The position numbers and the translations under genes were made by a program. A DNA stretch of 64,000 bases. It comes from Chiloscyllium plagiosum (taxonomy: Eukaryota). The notes beneath the pieces are model-generated. The model had not been told where the DNA came from, did no database searches, and saw nothing but the letters and a program-made list of their open reading frames with translations. Below are positions 1-13,120 of the stretch, piece after piece. The DNA lies in contig NC_057718.1 of the NCBI RefSeq assembly GCF_004010195.1, forward strand, positions 68,017,872 to 68,081,871, written 5' to 3'. Each line of letters starts with the position of its first letter. Within the stretch, counting starts at the first letter, position 1.

Positions 1-152
1 GCAGGGTCAGGTGAATTGGCCATGCTAAATTGCCCGTAGTGTTAGGAAATGGGTAAATGTAGGGGTATGGGTGGGTTTCGCTTCGGCGGGTTGGTGTGGA
101 CTTGTTGGGCCGAAGGGCCTGTTTCCACACTGTAATCTAATCTAATCTAATC
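1..152 (+). mobile_element. HE1/V-SINE 3' part (truncated by window start)
   Basis: GGTGAATTGGCCATGCTAAATTGCCCGTAGTG...GGGCCGAAGGGCCTGTTTCCACACTG followed by a (TAATC)n tail; same family as 18893-19216. Confidence 0.85.
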
Positions 153-1154
153 ATAGATAATGGAAGGCCAATAGAAGGAAATGATTCAACATTATGCAAA
201 CCAACAAATGTGTTTATTTCTGTATTGTACATGGCTAATCAAGCAAATAAAATCATAACTTGCTCCTTTAATCATTTCGTCTCTTCATCCAAGTTGTTTA
301 ATGTATAAAAGAAGTAATTCTTATTACAAGGATTTATAATTACTTTTTGATGCTGCATCTGGTTTCACTTTCTTCCTAGCTTATTTAGGGTAGTTAATAG
401 AATAAGTTAATAACTCTCCATTGCTCGAGGATGCGCTGGAATAGTCTGGGGCTGCAAATTTTCTATGACCACTGTGTGCTAAACACTATTATCCAATTGG
501 AAGATACCTTTTACTGTGGAAACTTAATCTTGTGGATGAGCAATGTCAATACTTAGCTTCCTCGGGATATGTTATGTTGAGTGTTGAACATGATTCACCT
601 GCCACTTATAACTTTCAGGTTCCAGTTGATTTTATCTTTATGAAAAAGTATTTTTCCAAGGTGTACACACTGTGTGGTCATGATAAAATTGTAATGTACA
701 GTATGATTTAACTATATTTTTCTATAGAGTATATCAAAATAGCTAAAATTTAAACTAACAAGCATATATTTACACAGATATATTGATAAGGGAAGAAGTG
801 TTACAGTAGGTCAGACATCTTATAAATAACTGCAGGAATGTAAAAGTAACTCATGATGTTAGCAGTATCAGTATTTTCGTATAATCTTTCTTTGAGTGCA
901 ATGGCAGTGCAGGTTGACCACGAATTAATTTGAATAAACCAGTTTGTGTATTATTTGATTGGCTTCACCGTTGTAACTTAGTTAAACTTGCCTACTATGG
1001 TAATGCAGATAATTAATAGAAAGGAGGGATGATAAGAGCTCTCTTCTGTGATACCTGGCTATGGCAGACCTCTACATTAATTTTAAAAAATGATATTGTG
1101 AACTATTGTTTGGTTTCAAGTGCTATATTTTGCTGCTATCATTAGCTTTCTCTT

Positions 1155-1340
1155 AGCGAGTTTTGAGAAGGTTGAGGTTTTGGATGTAGGTTTGCTCACT
1201 GAGCTGAAAGGTTTATTTCCAGACATTTCGTTACCTTACTAGGTAACATCTTCAGTGGACCTCATACGAATAGAAAGCAGGAATTTTCAGCATTGCTTCG
1301 CATGAGGTAATGAAATGTCTGGAAATGAACCTTTAAGCTC
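1155..1340. mobile_element. Penelope-derived fold-back mini-insertion with hammerhead motif
   Basis: 11-bp TSD AGCTTTCTCTT at 1144-1154 and 1341-1351; inverted arms; minus strand 1222-1255 reads CTGAAGA-T-GTTACC-TAGTAA-GGTAAC-GAAATGTC. Confidence 0.8.
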
Positions 1341-1422
1341 AGCTTTCTCTTTTTCTTTCTTCTATATGTTTGTGTCCCTTCTCTCACTTATTTTCTGTCT
1401 CACTATCTTTCCCTCTATATAG

Positions 1423-1602
1423 GTTTTATACCAGGTATGCAAAGAAACTCTCAAATATCTCAGTACGGTTCTCAGCATTCTGGTCCTCCGATTTCTCCGC
1501 ATCCATCACCTGGAGGGCAAGTGCAACCTGGTACAGTCCCTTACCAGCAAAGCAATTCCAGCAGCACTTATGGTCCTCAAAGCGGGCAATATGGACCACA
1601 AG
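1423..1602 (+). CDS. ARID1B: ARID1B internal coding exon (180 nt, phase 1-1): (G)[36 protein letters not shown]...[19 protein letters not shown](G)
   Basis: Pyrimidine tract + TAG acceptor (AG 1421-1422); AAG|GTAATG donor at 1603; peptide matches vertebrate ARID1B GFM..QRNPQM.QYG...SPHPSPGGQ...QQSNSSGTYGPQ.SQYGPQG as recalled. Confidence 0.93.
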
Positions 1603-2324
1603 GTAATGTAAATAAATTTGAATTAAAAATAGTCAAAATCAACAGAAGCTGCTATAAAAATGTCTATGAATAATGACAAAATAAACATTTTAAGGTAACT
1701 CTTCAACTATTGAGAATTTCAGTCGAAAGCATCTTGCCAGATGTGGTATTTTGTACGCATACCAAAGTAGTTGTGCTCTAGGAAATCAATCTGCTTCAAC
1801 TTTGGGTATTCCTTAAAGATATTTTATGCTGACACATAACTGACTGACTGAAACTGAGAAGCACACATATTATTGTGACTGATCATCATCGCAGCATGGC
1901 ATTTTAAATATTCACTTTATTTTTATACTCATTAAATATAATCCTTCCATCTATAAGATATCAAACTTGGAAGGTAATGTGACCTTTTTATAGCATTCAA
2001 ATGAACGAGACCTTTTTTCAGATTAATGGTTGACTAGTATACTTGCTGTATTTACTTTTTAATAGAAGCTTTACATGCTGTTTAGCCCTTGTTTAAATAA
2101 ATCATTCAGCCTGGAAATGCTTCTTATAGAGCCAGTCCTGTGTGTAGTGTGCAGTATTTTGCGCACAAAATTTGGTGAATTTTTTAAAGTACAGAACCCA
2201 TTACTAAATAATTAGAAAGGAGCTAACTTCTCATATTTATATTAATTTGTATTTGTAGTAAAATTAACCTGAAAATACAGGTAACTAGTTCATTGACACT
2301 AACATCTTGGATATAAATTAGAAG

Positions 2325-2535
2325 GGGGCATTGTGGCACAGTGGTTAGTACTGCTGCCTCTTAATGCCAGTGTTCCGGATTTGATTTTAACCTTGGGCGA
2401 TTACCTGTGTGGAGTTTGCATATTCTCCCCGTGTCAGCGTGGGTTTCCGCCAGGTGCTCTGGTTTCTTTCCACAGTTCAAAGATGTGCAGGTTAGATGGA
2501 TTAGCCATAGTAAACACTGGGTTATGGGGCTGGGG
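2325..2535 (+). mobile_element. HE1/V-SINE, 3'-truncated
   Basis: tRNA-like head GTGGCACAGTGGTTAG plus V-domain TGTGTGGAGTTTGCATATTCTCCCCGTG. Confidence 0.8.
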
Positions 2536-2539
2536 TGGT

Positions 2540-4305
2540 AATAAATTCCAGATGGTGGTTATGACCTTGAGGACATTACGAGAAAATCTGGTGGAAGCAG
2601 ATTGACTCATAACTTTCAAATGACAATTGGAGTTAAACTTGAAAAGCAAAACATTTGTGAGGTAATCAAGGAAGGATAGGGCACCGGGACTAATTGGATA
2701 GCTGTTCCAAAGACACAGATATTTGTGGTACAAATGACCTCCATCTGTGCTATTTGGTTCCATGAAGAAAAGCTGCGGACATGCCAGTGAAAACTGACCA
2801 GAAATTATAAATGGATATACCATGCAGCAAGAGGTTCTTTAAATCTATAAAAATGAAGAGTGAGTCCAAAAATGACATAGTCCAAGAATCCTTAGATTCT
2901 GGAAAAGCCCCAGAGGATTGGAAAACTGCCAATGCAGCATCCTGATTTAGAAAGGCAAAGAGATTTTTTAAAAACAGGTAACTAAAGGCCAGTTGCCTTA
3001 ACATTTGTCCTTGGGAAAATGTTAGAATCTGATTATAAAGGATTGAATTGCAGAGTATTTAGGGATGATAATAAAATCAAGTGGAATGGGTGAGGTTTCT
3101 CAAAGGGGAAGACTTGCCTGACAAATTTAGGATGCACAAAGGAAAAGCTATGGATGTGATATATTTGGATTTTCAGAAGGTATTTGATAAGATACCATAT
3201 GTAATGCTACTTAATAAAATAAGCGCCCAAGATGTTAGAGGTAGTATATTAGCTTTCTAATAAAAGAGTCGAGATAAAGGGGACATTTTTCAAGATGGCA
3301 ACCTGTGACTAGTGGAGTGCCACAAGGCTGGAACCACAATTATTTACAATATACCTTAATGTTTTGGATGAGGAAAATGAATGTACTGTAGCCAGGTTTG
3401 TGGGTGGCACAAAAATAGATGGAATGGGAAGCGATGATGATGGAATGAAGAGAGTGCAGAGGTGTACAAACAATTAAACCAATTGGACAAAAATCGAGCA
3501 GATAGAATATAATGTTAGGAGATGTGAAATAATGCGCTTTTGGCAGGAAGAATTGAGGAGCTGAATATTGTTTAAATGGAGAAAGACTTCAGAACACTAC
3601 ACCACAGAGATTTGGCAGTTCTCATGCATAAATCACTAAAAACTATCATGTAAGAACAGCAGACAATATGAAAGACAAATGTTTTATTGGTCTGTATTTC
3701 AAAGGGAATGGAGTATAAGTATAGAGAGGTCTTGCTAAAACTATAGAAGGCACTATTCAGACCACAGTTGGAACATTCTGACTAGTTTGGGTTCCTTAAC
3801 TGAAAAAAAAAACAGATTGTGTGTTGACATAGTCCATGGAAGGTTCGCGAGGTTGATCCCAGGTATGCAGGTACTGCCTTATGAGGAGGGCTTGAGTAGG
3901 TTAGGCCTGTACTTATTCGAGTTTGGAAGAATGAACAGTGATCTTTTTCAAGCACACAGATTCCTAAGGGGCTTGACAGGTTGTTTCCCCATGTGGGAGA
4001 GCCTAGGACCAGAGGACATAATCTCAGAATAAGGGATCTCACATTTAAGAAAGAGATGAGGAGAAATTAATTCTCTCAGAAGGTAGTGAATCTGTGGAAT
4101 ACTTCACTACAGAGGCTGTTGAGACTGGGTTATTAATTATATTCAGAGTGGAGATAGATTTCTAATCAGTCAGGGAATTGAGGGTAATAGGGAATGACGG
4201 GAAAGTGGAGTTAAGGATTATCAGTTCAGCCGTGAGCTCATTGAATGGCAGAACGGACTTGATGGGCTGAATGGCTGACCTCTGTTCCTATGTTTTATGG
4301 TCTTA
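2540..4305 (+). mobile_element. Decayed CR1 LINE (composite: old 3' end + RT-to-3'-end copy)
   Basis: Remnants of PEDWKTANA, DVIYLDFQKVFDKIP, VTSGVPQG, YEEGLSRLGLY; TTCCTATGTTTTATG tail. Confidence 0.8.
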
Positions 4306-6299
4306 AGCTCAACCACATTGAAGTAGTTCCATGACCCACAGTTAAATTGAAAGTGCAGCAGCACTCAAGGTTCTTGCAATAAATTTGTACAGCTTTTTGT
4401 ACTGAAAATTGAAGGGATTTGTGCTAATCATCTCTGGAAAAAATCATGTTGATCTGTGAATTTGGATTAATAATATATATTATGTCATTGATACAGAGGG
4501 ACTCTTGGAGCCCTGACACCAACTGTTGTCCACTCCCCCTTTGGCATTCCACAAAGAATTTACTGTTGTCTTTATCCTTTTCCTCCCTCACCAATTCCTC
4601 CTGATGCTGACATAGCTCCGGGAGTAGTAATTTTGCTGTACAGTGAGTGAATTTCTGATAGGCCAAATGCATCACAAGAATTCCTGTGCATGGCAGTCAG
4701 CAAATTTCTATTCCACAAGACAGCTAAAACATCAAATACAAGTGGCAATGGGCAGAACAATAAGCAACGTAGATTCTGATTCATTGTCAAACTAACATTG
4801 ATGTCGTAGTAAATGAGTAAAAACTTGAGAAAAGATGTAAATGCAAAGTTGTTTTTCTAAACCTTTGTGTGTGAAGGTAATAAAATGTTTTTTGCAGAAA
4901 ATTAGTTAGTAGAATAACATTAAGCTATCATTTAATTCAAGCTTGGTGTCTGATTTTTTTTAAAATTTACAATAGCATTCAAAAGAATTAGTTACAATGC
5001 AGGGTCTGCAAATCATCCAAGACAATAACCAAGTAAGGTTCTAGCTGTTGAAACTAAACATGTGAACTGGGTATATTTCAGAAGCTAGCAGTGCAGTTTC
5101 TTCCATTGATTCAGAAAGCTAGGCAAAACTTTTTGTTTAGCAGAAATACTATCTTGTAACCAAAGGAAGCCTTTTATCGATGCAAACATTCCCTAGATGT
5201 CAAATTTTAAAGGTATTGCTTTACCTCAATTTTTGCTTGCTAAACTGATAATCCTATTAAGAGTGGAGATTGATTATACACAATGGAAGAAAGAATCTAG
5301 GATACTTCGGGTTTTTATTTTGTGTGCAGCACTTTTTGCAAGCCATCTGAGTTACTATTCGTCATGAACACTAGATTACTTAATGATGGAAGAGAGATCT
5401 TTAGTTCTGATTTTGTAATGAATGGCTAAAGGGACAGCAAAGTTTTTCTGTGCAACATATGGATGTGATCTCTTTTGTACCATCACATAGGATCTCTTTT
5501 AAAGGTCATTGTTTCATTTGTCTGTTGTTTTCTTCTGAAGATACATTGATCTCTGACTTTTGAGTACAGTATCCCATACACTTCAATGATACACACATCA
5601 TATGCTATTTTACTGTTAGATGGAGCAAAGCTCACTTATTTCCTGGAGAACATACTTTACTGAAGGAACCCATCATTTGTTGCCACACTCCATGAAATCC
5701 CACACCAAGGCAGAATTTGCAGAGACAAAATAACTTTATGTTCACCAGCTACTCAGGTCTTAATCTTTTAAAAATGTTTAAATGATAATGAGCCATAGGC
5801 ATTTGAACTGCACTGTAACTGAGTTGTAGGCACACCACAGTATAAACAAAACTGCATTAAGAAAATTATTTCTAGGTAAGCTCTTTCTTCATGCTATTTC
5901 ATGCCTCTTGCTGCCCCTACACTATTGTTGCATATCTACTAATCACTTTCCACCACTGTGCTAGGTGAGATACACTTACACTTCATAAAGAGTGGAAGTC
6001 ATGGACAAAACACACTATTCCATTTATAATCAATTTCCCCTTTCAGTTCCTTTACCACCATAAGTTTTATAAATCTTTCCTAAAGTTACTGACGCTTGCA
6101 GTTCCATGCAGGCTGACAACCATTTGATTTCTCACCTAATTTACATCATGCTTAGACAGTAAATATAAACAGCTTACTGTGAAAGGTATTCCCACAAAAA
6201 TATATATTATCCATACATGTTCAATGTTCATCAGAAGTCAGTGGATGGCAAACCAGAGCAGAAATTTTTAAATTCTACCCCCCCTCCCCCCTTCCATTC

Positions 6300-6548
6300 C
6301 TACCTCGGGCGACTGTGTGGAGTTTGCGCATTCTCCTTGTGTCTGCATGGGTTTCCTCTGGGTGCTCCAGTTTCCTCCCACAGTCCAAAGATGTGCAAGT
6401 TAGGTGAATTGGTCATACTAAATTGCCCATAGTGTTTAGTGCATTCGTCAGGGGTAAATGTAGGGGCATGGGTTACTCTTCAGAGGGTTGGTGTGGACTT
6501 GTTGGGCCAAATGGCCTGTTTCCACACTGTAGTTAATCTAATTTAATC
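6300..6548 (+). mobile_element. HE1/V-SINE, 5'-truncated
   Basis: V-domain and GGCCTGTTTCCACACTGTAG...TAATCTAAT tail. Confidence 0.8.
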
Positions 6549-7539
6549 GAAGAAAAGCCTAATCAGTGCATGTTCATAGGCACAGACCAGGATTTGAATG
6601 TCAAATGTTGCTGCTTTGTAAGCTTAAATTGTGTACTGTCCATGATTTTTCATATTAGACGTCCAGCCAATTTGAATAAACATCTAACTTGAAAATTCTT
6701 GAAGACAAAATTAAACATAAAAGTATTTAAATAATTTGGACAAATGTTGAAAAAAATTCCAGGATTTGCATGACCAGGTCAATTAATGAAATTTTACTGT
6801 TGAGATTTAAATCTGTTTTGTTTATTCATGATCTCCTCAGTAAAATATAGCTTGGGGAATATTGATGGAAAACTCTTCTATGCAATGTACAAAGTTTATT
6901 CTGGCACCAAGAAGGACTGATAGCATTGCTAAAATGGCTCATTTTTACAATTGTATTATTGTACAATACATTTACACTAATTTGGTATCAGGGTTGAGGA
7001 TCTGCAGTTATGTGGAGGGAGGAGAAGCTAATGATTTCCTTAAAGCAAAGAAAGTTAATGGGAGATTTGATAAAGTTGTTCAAAGTTAAAGTGCATTATT
7101 TAGCAGATAGGGATAAACTATGTTCTCTGGCAGGGGGCCAGTAACCACAGGGCACATTATTATTATCTAGAATGTAATTTCTGAAAGGGTGGTGAAAGTC
7201 TATTCAATAATGCTTTCAAAAGAGTGTTAAATGAATACTTAACAAAGGCAATATTTTAAAGGTTATGGGAAAGCAGCAGGAAAACCATGCCATTTGAAAA
7301 AGATAATTCAAACGATATGTATCAAATGCCTGCCTTCTACTGGATGATTCAATATTTTAAAGCTTCAGAATTTCCAAAACTAGGAATACAGGAATGTTGA
7401 GCTAAACCGGAGTTGTTACTGCCATGACATTAAGCTCCCAAAATTATCTCCTTTGCTGTTCAATAGTCAACAGTTATATTGCAGTTATTAAAATGTATAA
7501 GCTAAGAAATTATGTAAGTATGAAATATTTTCAATTAGG

Positions 7540-7895
7540 TATCAGCTTTGGCTCAAAGAGGAAGCGCTTAAGCTCAAGAGGTTTGTAGATTCAAGACCCG
7601 CTCCAGAAACTTATGAAACTCAGCTATCACTCCAGTACAGTGTTAAGGGAGTGCTGCATTGTCAGAGATGCAATATTTGCAATGAAACATTCATTCAAGG
7701 TCCCCTCAGATGAACATAAAAGATTATTTGGTATTATTGAAAGAGCAAGAGCATTCTTAATTTTTATCTCTCAGATAATATCACCAAAGTAAATTATCTG
7801 GTCATTTATCTTGTTTGCAACACCTTGCTGTGCAAATTGCTGTATTTCCCTACATCACAGTAGTTATTGCAATTCAAAAGTACTTCATTGACTCT
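7540..7895 (+). mobile_element. Deu-domain SINE (SacSINE1/AmnSINE1-like), old
   Basis: tRNA-like head then CACTCCAGTACAGTGTTAAGGGAGTGCTGCATTGTC...ATTATCTGGTCATT...CTTGCTGTGCAAATTG...TTCAAAAGTACTTCATTG. Confidence 0.7.
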
Positions 7896-10217
7896 TTTAT
7901 TCTTTGCGTTTGTAAAAGATATTTTGTAATTCATTGTCTTCAAATTATTTTGTGTATATTTTTCTATATTGCCAAAGCAGGAAAAATTGATTTGATTTTA
8001 ACTTGAAATAATTTCCCTTAAAGCAGAATGATTTATACCTACCTATTGTTTATTCTCAGTTTGGGAAGTCCTAAGTAATCACATCCTAGCAGTAGTTCTG
8101 AGGTCTGTTATTGTGTTTGATCTGCAAGATCACAAAAACAGCACCTGCTTAGAATTTTAGTTAAATCATTATCTTTAATCGGTGTTATCTTCAAGATCAG
8201 TAGAGCTCAGCTGTGCACCTTAATCAGTTTTAAATTGGCGCCATATCTGTGTCATTATCACATTGTTTGAATGGTTGAATATGGCTTGAATGCCTTACAA
8301 TGGCATAACAAGACCCTGAGAGGAATGAAGTTGACATTTTTTAACCTTCCAAATTATACTATGATGTTCTATGATGGATTTTGTTCATTGATATCAAGCA
8401 TGTGAACTTGCCTAACTCTCACTTCCTGTGTTTCTTCATCTGTGACTAATGTCACTTCCAAATTATCTTCTAATTCTGTTATTTTGCAAAAAACCTGCCT
8501 CTTGTGGACACAATTAGCAAAACTCAGCTACAAAGTAATTACCTACTCTGTCCAATTCCTTGTCTCCAAGGTGCCACTGTGAATGTTGCAGGAAACGCAG
8601 GGGAGAATTGTGGCAAACTCAAATAGAGATGTGTTGAAAAGGATAGTTAGAACATTAGTGAGGATCAAGTATAAATTTAGAAAGGAGGAAAAATTAATTC
8701 CAGATTTTCTGACCTGTCTTTTTGCTGCCTCTCATTCATTTGAATCTGACAAGAGGACAGTGGGAGAACATTTTTAATAATTTGGCAGCTGAGTTGTGAA
8801 GAAGATTATGCCATGGCCCTTGTGTTTATTGTGGATTCTCCTGGAGCAGGTTGTGCCATGCCAGTTAAAAGAAATGGCAGCACTCATGGATCGGAAGGAA
8901 AGGACAGGGGCACTGTCGGTCTCGATGTAGTAAAGATCGTCGACGGAAACCCTGGAGGTAAGAACCTGAACAGGAAAAGAAAGGAGTTGAACAGTTGGGA
9001 AAAATAGAATGCAGAGCAGGAGGGGGAGGAAGGACACAAACTGAGTAAAGCAAATAAGTTAGAGCATGTTGAAAATGCGAAATAAAAAATGGGGAGGTTG
9101 GGGAACAACCTAAGGACTGGAACTAACTTAAAATTATAATTATGAAGCAATTCCATTATTCAGTTAATCTTAGTATGCTAACATACGATTTGCAACTATG
9201 AGTTAGATATTTTATACAGTGGCTACCTCAGTTCTGCCTGTTGAAAACTACTGAAAAATGCAGTCTTAAAAAAACAATTTTTTCAGGAATGATACATCAG
9301 ATCCCTCTTGGTGGACTATGAGAGGCAGCAAATAAAATGCAGGACCCTAGCCAAAAAAGCTTTTGCATAAATAATTGGTAGGTATGCCGTCTGTTACTCT
9401 GCATTCGGAAGGCCTTAAGTCAAATTACTTGATGGTTCACTTTTCCAGCCTTGAAATTGAACTATGTTATGATGAATTCAAATTATTAGATGATTCGGTT
9501 TTTGAGTGCAGAAATTGCTATTGGATATTCTGATTGAATTGTTGCTAAATGGCAAAACCAAATTTTCTAGTGTAAATCTCAGTTGGGGAAGAATTTTACA
9601 ATGTAAATTCTCCTTATTGCAGTTGCTTTCAATTAATTCGTCATATTAACCATATTTGTTTGCAATTGCATTTTAGTGTATATGGTGAAGAATTGAGTTG
9701 ACACTGCACAAATTCACATCACATCAGTCACTTGAGCATCATTTATATGATCGTTTTAATTTGGAGTCCAACAACTTGAACCTGGTTCCTCGTGTTTATC
9801 ACATGGAGTCTCTAAATCTAGCAATGTCCAAATTCTGTTTAGTATCCAGGGCTTAAATTGGATGGATTACTCAAAAGTGATAAGTCCTTGAGCTGAACTC
9901 AGTTGCCCCAAAATTCTTCTCTATTCGAATTCTCAGTTTAAATTTCACCAAGCGAGCAAGGTGTGCCACAAATCTTTCACCAATTCCCTTCATTAACTTG
10001 CGGTTTCTGGGTTTCTTCTTATGGATTTAAGATCCTATATACTATATCAAGTAGAGCAATGCCAATTACTCCACTAAGCAATCTCAGCATCTTAGGTTGA
10101 ATATCTGGTTATACAATAACCTAAAGTATAACATTTCTGTTGTGGTCTGAATCTGTGCTCACAGCTTTCGTACATGTAATTACCTCCCAGTTGTTTTGAA
10201 GACAGAGAAAGTACCTG

Positions 10218-10538
10218 GTGAAGCCAGAGACTATTCGATAGCCAGAGACTATTTCCCGGGGCAGAAATGACTAACACGAGGGGTTATAGTTTTAAGCTGG
10301 TTGGAGGAAAGTATAGAGGGGATGTCAGAGGCGGGTTCTTTACACAGAGAGTTGTGAGAGCATGGAATGCGTTGCCAGCAGCAGTTGTGAGGCAGGGTCA
10401 TTGGGGACATTTAAGAGACTCCTGGACATGCATATGCTCACAGAAATTTGTGGGTGCATACATGAGGATCAGTGGTCGGCACAACATCGTGGGCTGAAGG
10501 GCCTGTTCTGTGCTGTACTATTCTATATCTATGTTCTA
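10218..10538 (+). mobile_element. CR1 LINE 3' end (same subfamily as 47935-51409)
   Basis: RGYSFKLVGGKYRGDVRGGFFTQRVVRAWNALP; TTCTAT-type tail; 14-nt 5' duplication AGCCAGAGACTATT. Confidence 0.85.
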
Positions 10539-11229
10539 AGTATAGTCAGGTATTAATTAAATTGCTTTATTTCACAATATCTGAGAACAGACAAATATGC
10601 ATGGTAGGATTGACATAATTAATCAGAGTGTGTAACATTACAAAATAATTATTACTGTGCATTTTCATTCTGAATTTAGGAAAGACCTGGTAGATTTGTG
10701 TTATAAAGCTCAACTGACCACTTTTGTCCCTGTCTCTCTCCTCTTTATTTTCCTATGTTTAAATCTCAAGCTTAAGCGAAACAACCTCTGATAATTATTT
10801 GTGAATAGGCTTGTTCCAGTACAATGGGTGTGAGCAGTTTATTGATCATGGAGACATAAAAAGTTACCTACTGTGTGCAACTTTAAGAAAGCAATGTAAA
10901 ATGCTCATTCACACCATTTCAGCTACCTTCTGTCATAGTACCTATGATCCCATAGAGACCGATAACTCGGCACAAAAAAATTGCATTTCCAATGAATAAT
11001 CATACAAGGTTTCAAGTTTTAAGATTTCATTGTAACAAACTAAAAGCAACATTAACTGAATGTTATTTGATGGGCAGTTAATCAAACTACAAAGGATAGC
11101 ACTCGAGTGCATGATACCAATGTACAAGGAACCACATACAGAAGAACAACAATGTGTAAAAGTGCAGTCATTAGAAGAGATTCCATAATGAGGAGATAAT
11201 TAGGTGCATTGAGTCCTCTGGTGTCAGGG

Positions 11230-11570
11230 TAAAGGACATCACTGGGGCAATAGATTATTTATGCATGTTGATACCAAAGAGGCACAATAGGGGTTGAGGA
11301 GAAAGGGAGGCAGTTAAAGATAAGCCCTTGAAGATGATAATCACTGCATTTCACCCAGTGGTACACACTAGTAAAAGTAGATATGGAAGGCAGAGAGGAC
11401 CGATGGTGTGAGATTTGATGCAGGAGAGATGGCTTCAGATTCTTAGGGGCTTTGGGACCAGTTTTGGAATAAGAGACATCTGTCCAAAGGGTTACATCTC
11501 AGCAGGAGTGGACCAGAGTCCCAGAAAGAAGGTTTACTAATCTTGTTGGGAAGAGTTTTTAAACTAAATT
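11230..11570 (+). mobile_element. Decayed CR1 ORF1 (SGNH esterase) fragment
   Basis: Resembles 47935-48325 (W CRRDGFRFLG..WDQFW..GLHL..G remnants). Confidence 0.45.
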
Positions 11571-11999
11571 GTTGAAGGAAAAGCACTAGTGTATGGAAAA
11601 AAAAAATTGAATAAGGTTCTTAAAGGAATGTATAGGTAGTTATTTGATAATTTTTTTTCTATCTTATACAGTACTTGTTGCGTACTAAGTAGGATTGTAA
11701 GCCATACATTCTAAAACTGCCTTTGTCTATTTATAAAAGCACAAAGTATAAAATTATCAGCTTCAAATGCAAAAAGCCATGTGGGAATACATTGTGACGG
11801 AAACAGAAACCTGAGTTCAAGACAGTATAATATCATATACAAAGTGTTAATGAAAATTTCTTTGTCCAGTGTATTTTTAGTCCAACTGAGTAGGAGGCAT
11901 GACTGGATATGGTGCTGGGGAATGAGGTAGCCAAGTGGACCAGATATCTATGGGAAAGCATTTGGATGACAATTATTGTCTCGTAAGATTAAGATTGGT

Positions 12000-13120
12000 A
12001 ATGGGAGACCCACTGTTTTGAATATGCGTCTAGGTATTTTTCTTGTAGTTCTTGGGAGCTACAGTGTTGTGGCCTGTTTAAATAATGTTCTGATGCAGCT
12101 CTATTTGTGGGTGTTGAGATGATTGCTCCTATAGTTGAGTATCTGGTCTGTGTGTGTTGCTTTACTGTAGACGCTAGTCTGCAGTTCTCCATTGACTGTT
12201 CATTCCACTGTGACATCTAGGAAGGGAAGTCTGTTGATGTTCTCGTCTTTGGTAAAATTTATGCCAGTGAGGATATTTGTGAATGATATTGTAGGTTTAT
12301 TCTAATTTGTTCCATTTTGTGATGACAAAGGTGTCATCCACATAGCAGACCCAAAGTTTAGGTTGTATTGTGGAGAGGACTGTTTGTTCTAGTCTCTGCA
12401 TTACTACTTCTGCTGACAATCCTGATATTGGTGATCCCATTGGTGTACCATTGATTTATTTGTAGGTCTTGTCATTGATAGTGAAGTGGATAGTGAGGCA
12501 CAGGTCTGCACCTTTGCAGTTGTAGGTCATCCTTCTTCCTAGGACGGCTTTTTCTGTGTCTGTTAGTGGTCGGTCCGATAAGTTCTTAGTCCAAGCTTCT
12601 GAAATGCCTGTATTGTTCCTTTGTGCAAGCTTGTCCAGTTTTTTTGTAGGGCTAGTTTTTTTTCTTTGTCTTGGTCTCTGTTGTTTGATGTTGCTGGCTC
12701 TTTCTAACATGTTTGTCCATTCTTGGCCAGTCACGTTGGTGTACAAGGTTTTGTGACGCAATATTTCCCAATCGTACATGTGGAATCGGTTGTGGGCAAC
12801 ATTCTGCGGCTGTTCTATTCACCTATTCTTCTGGCTTGACAAGTGTTAAGAGGTGGTTTCTACTTGGCCCGTCTTGGTAATACCTGTTTCCTGAGGCATT
12901 CGTGTAGGAAATACAGTTATTCGTGGGTGGCACTGAGTCGGATGGCATTGGTTTCCCATCTTTAGGCTAGTTTGACTTTATTGTACCCATAAGTGTTTGC
13001 GATTTTTGAGATTTATAGCTCAGGTTGAGATTCAGTTTATAAGTTTGCTCGCTGAGCTAGTAGGTTTGTTCTCAGATGTTTCATCACCATGTTAGGTTAC
13101 ATCATCAGTGAGCCTCTGGT
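12000..13120 (-). mobile_element. Penelope-like element, RT-containing portion, internally deleted
   Basis: Minus strand encodes GTPMGSPISGLSAEVVMQRLEQ...PKLWVCYVDDTFVITK (PLE RT) and WTKNLSDRPLTDTEKAVL; decayed hammerhead near 13075-13108. Confidence 0.85.

Noticed and set aside
1423..1602. Assignment to ARID1A
   Set aside because: The downstream exon motif [20 protein letters not shown] fits ARID1B; ARID1A has NRKTQETAVAMHVAANSIQ as recalled
1437..1673. ORF-track single-exon proteins at 1437-1673 and 23684-24040
   Set aside because: They are internal ARID1B exons read through into introns; splice sites define the true limits
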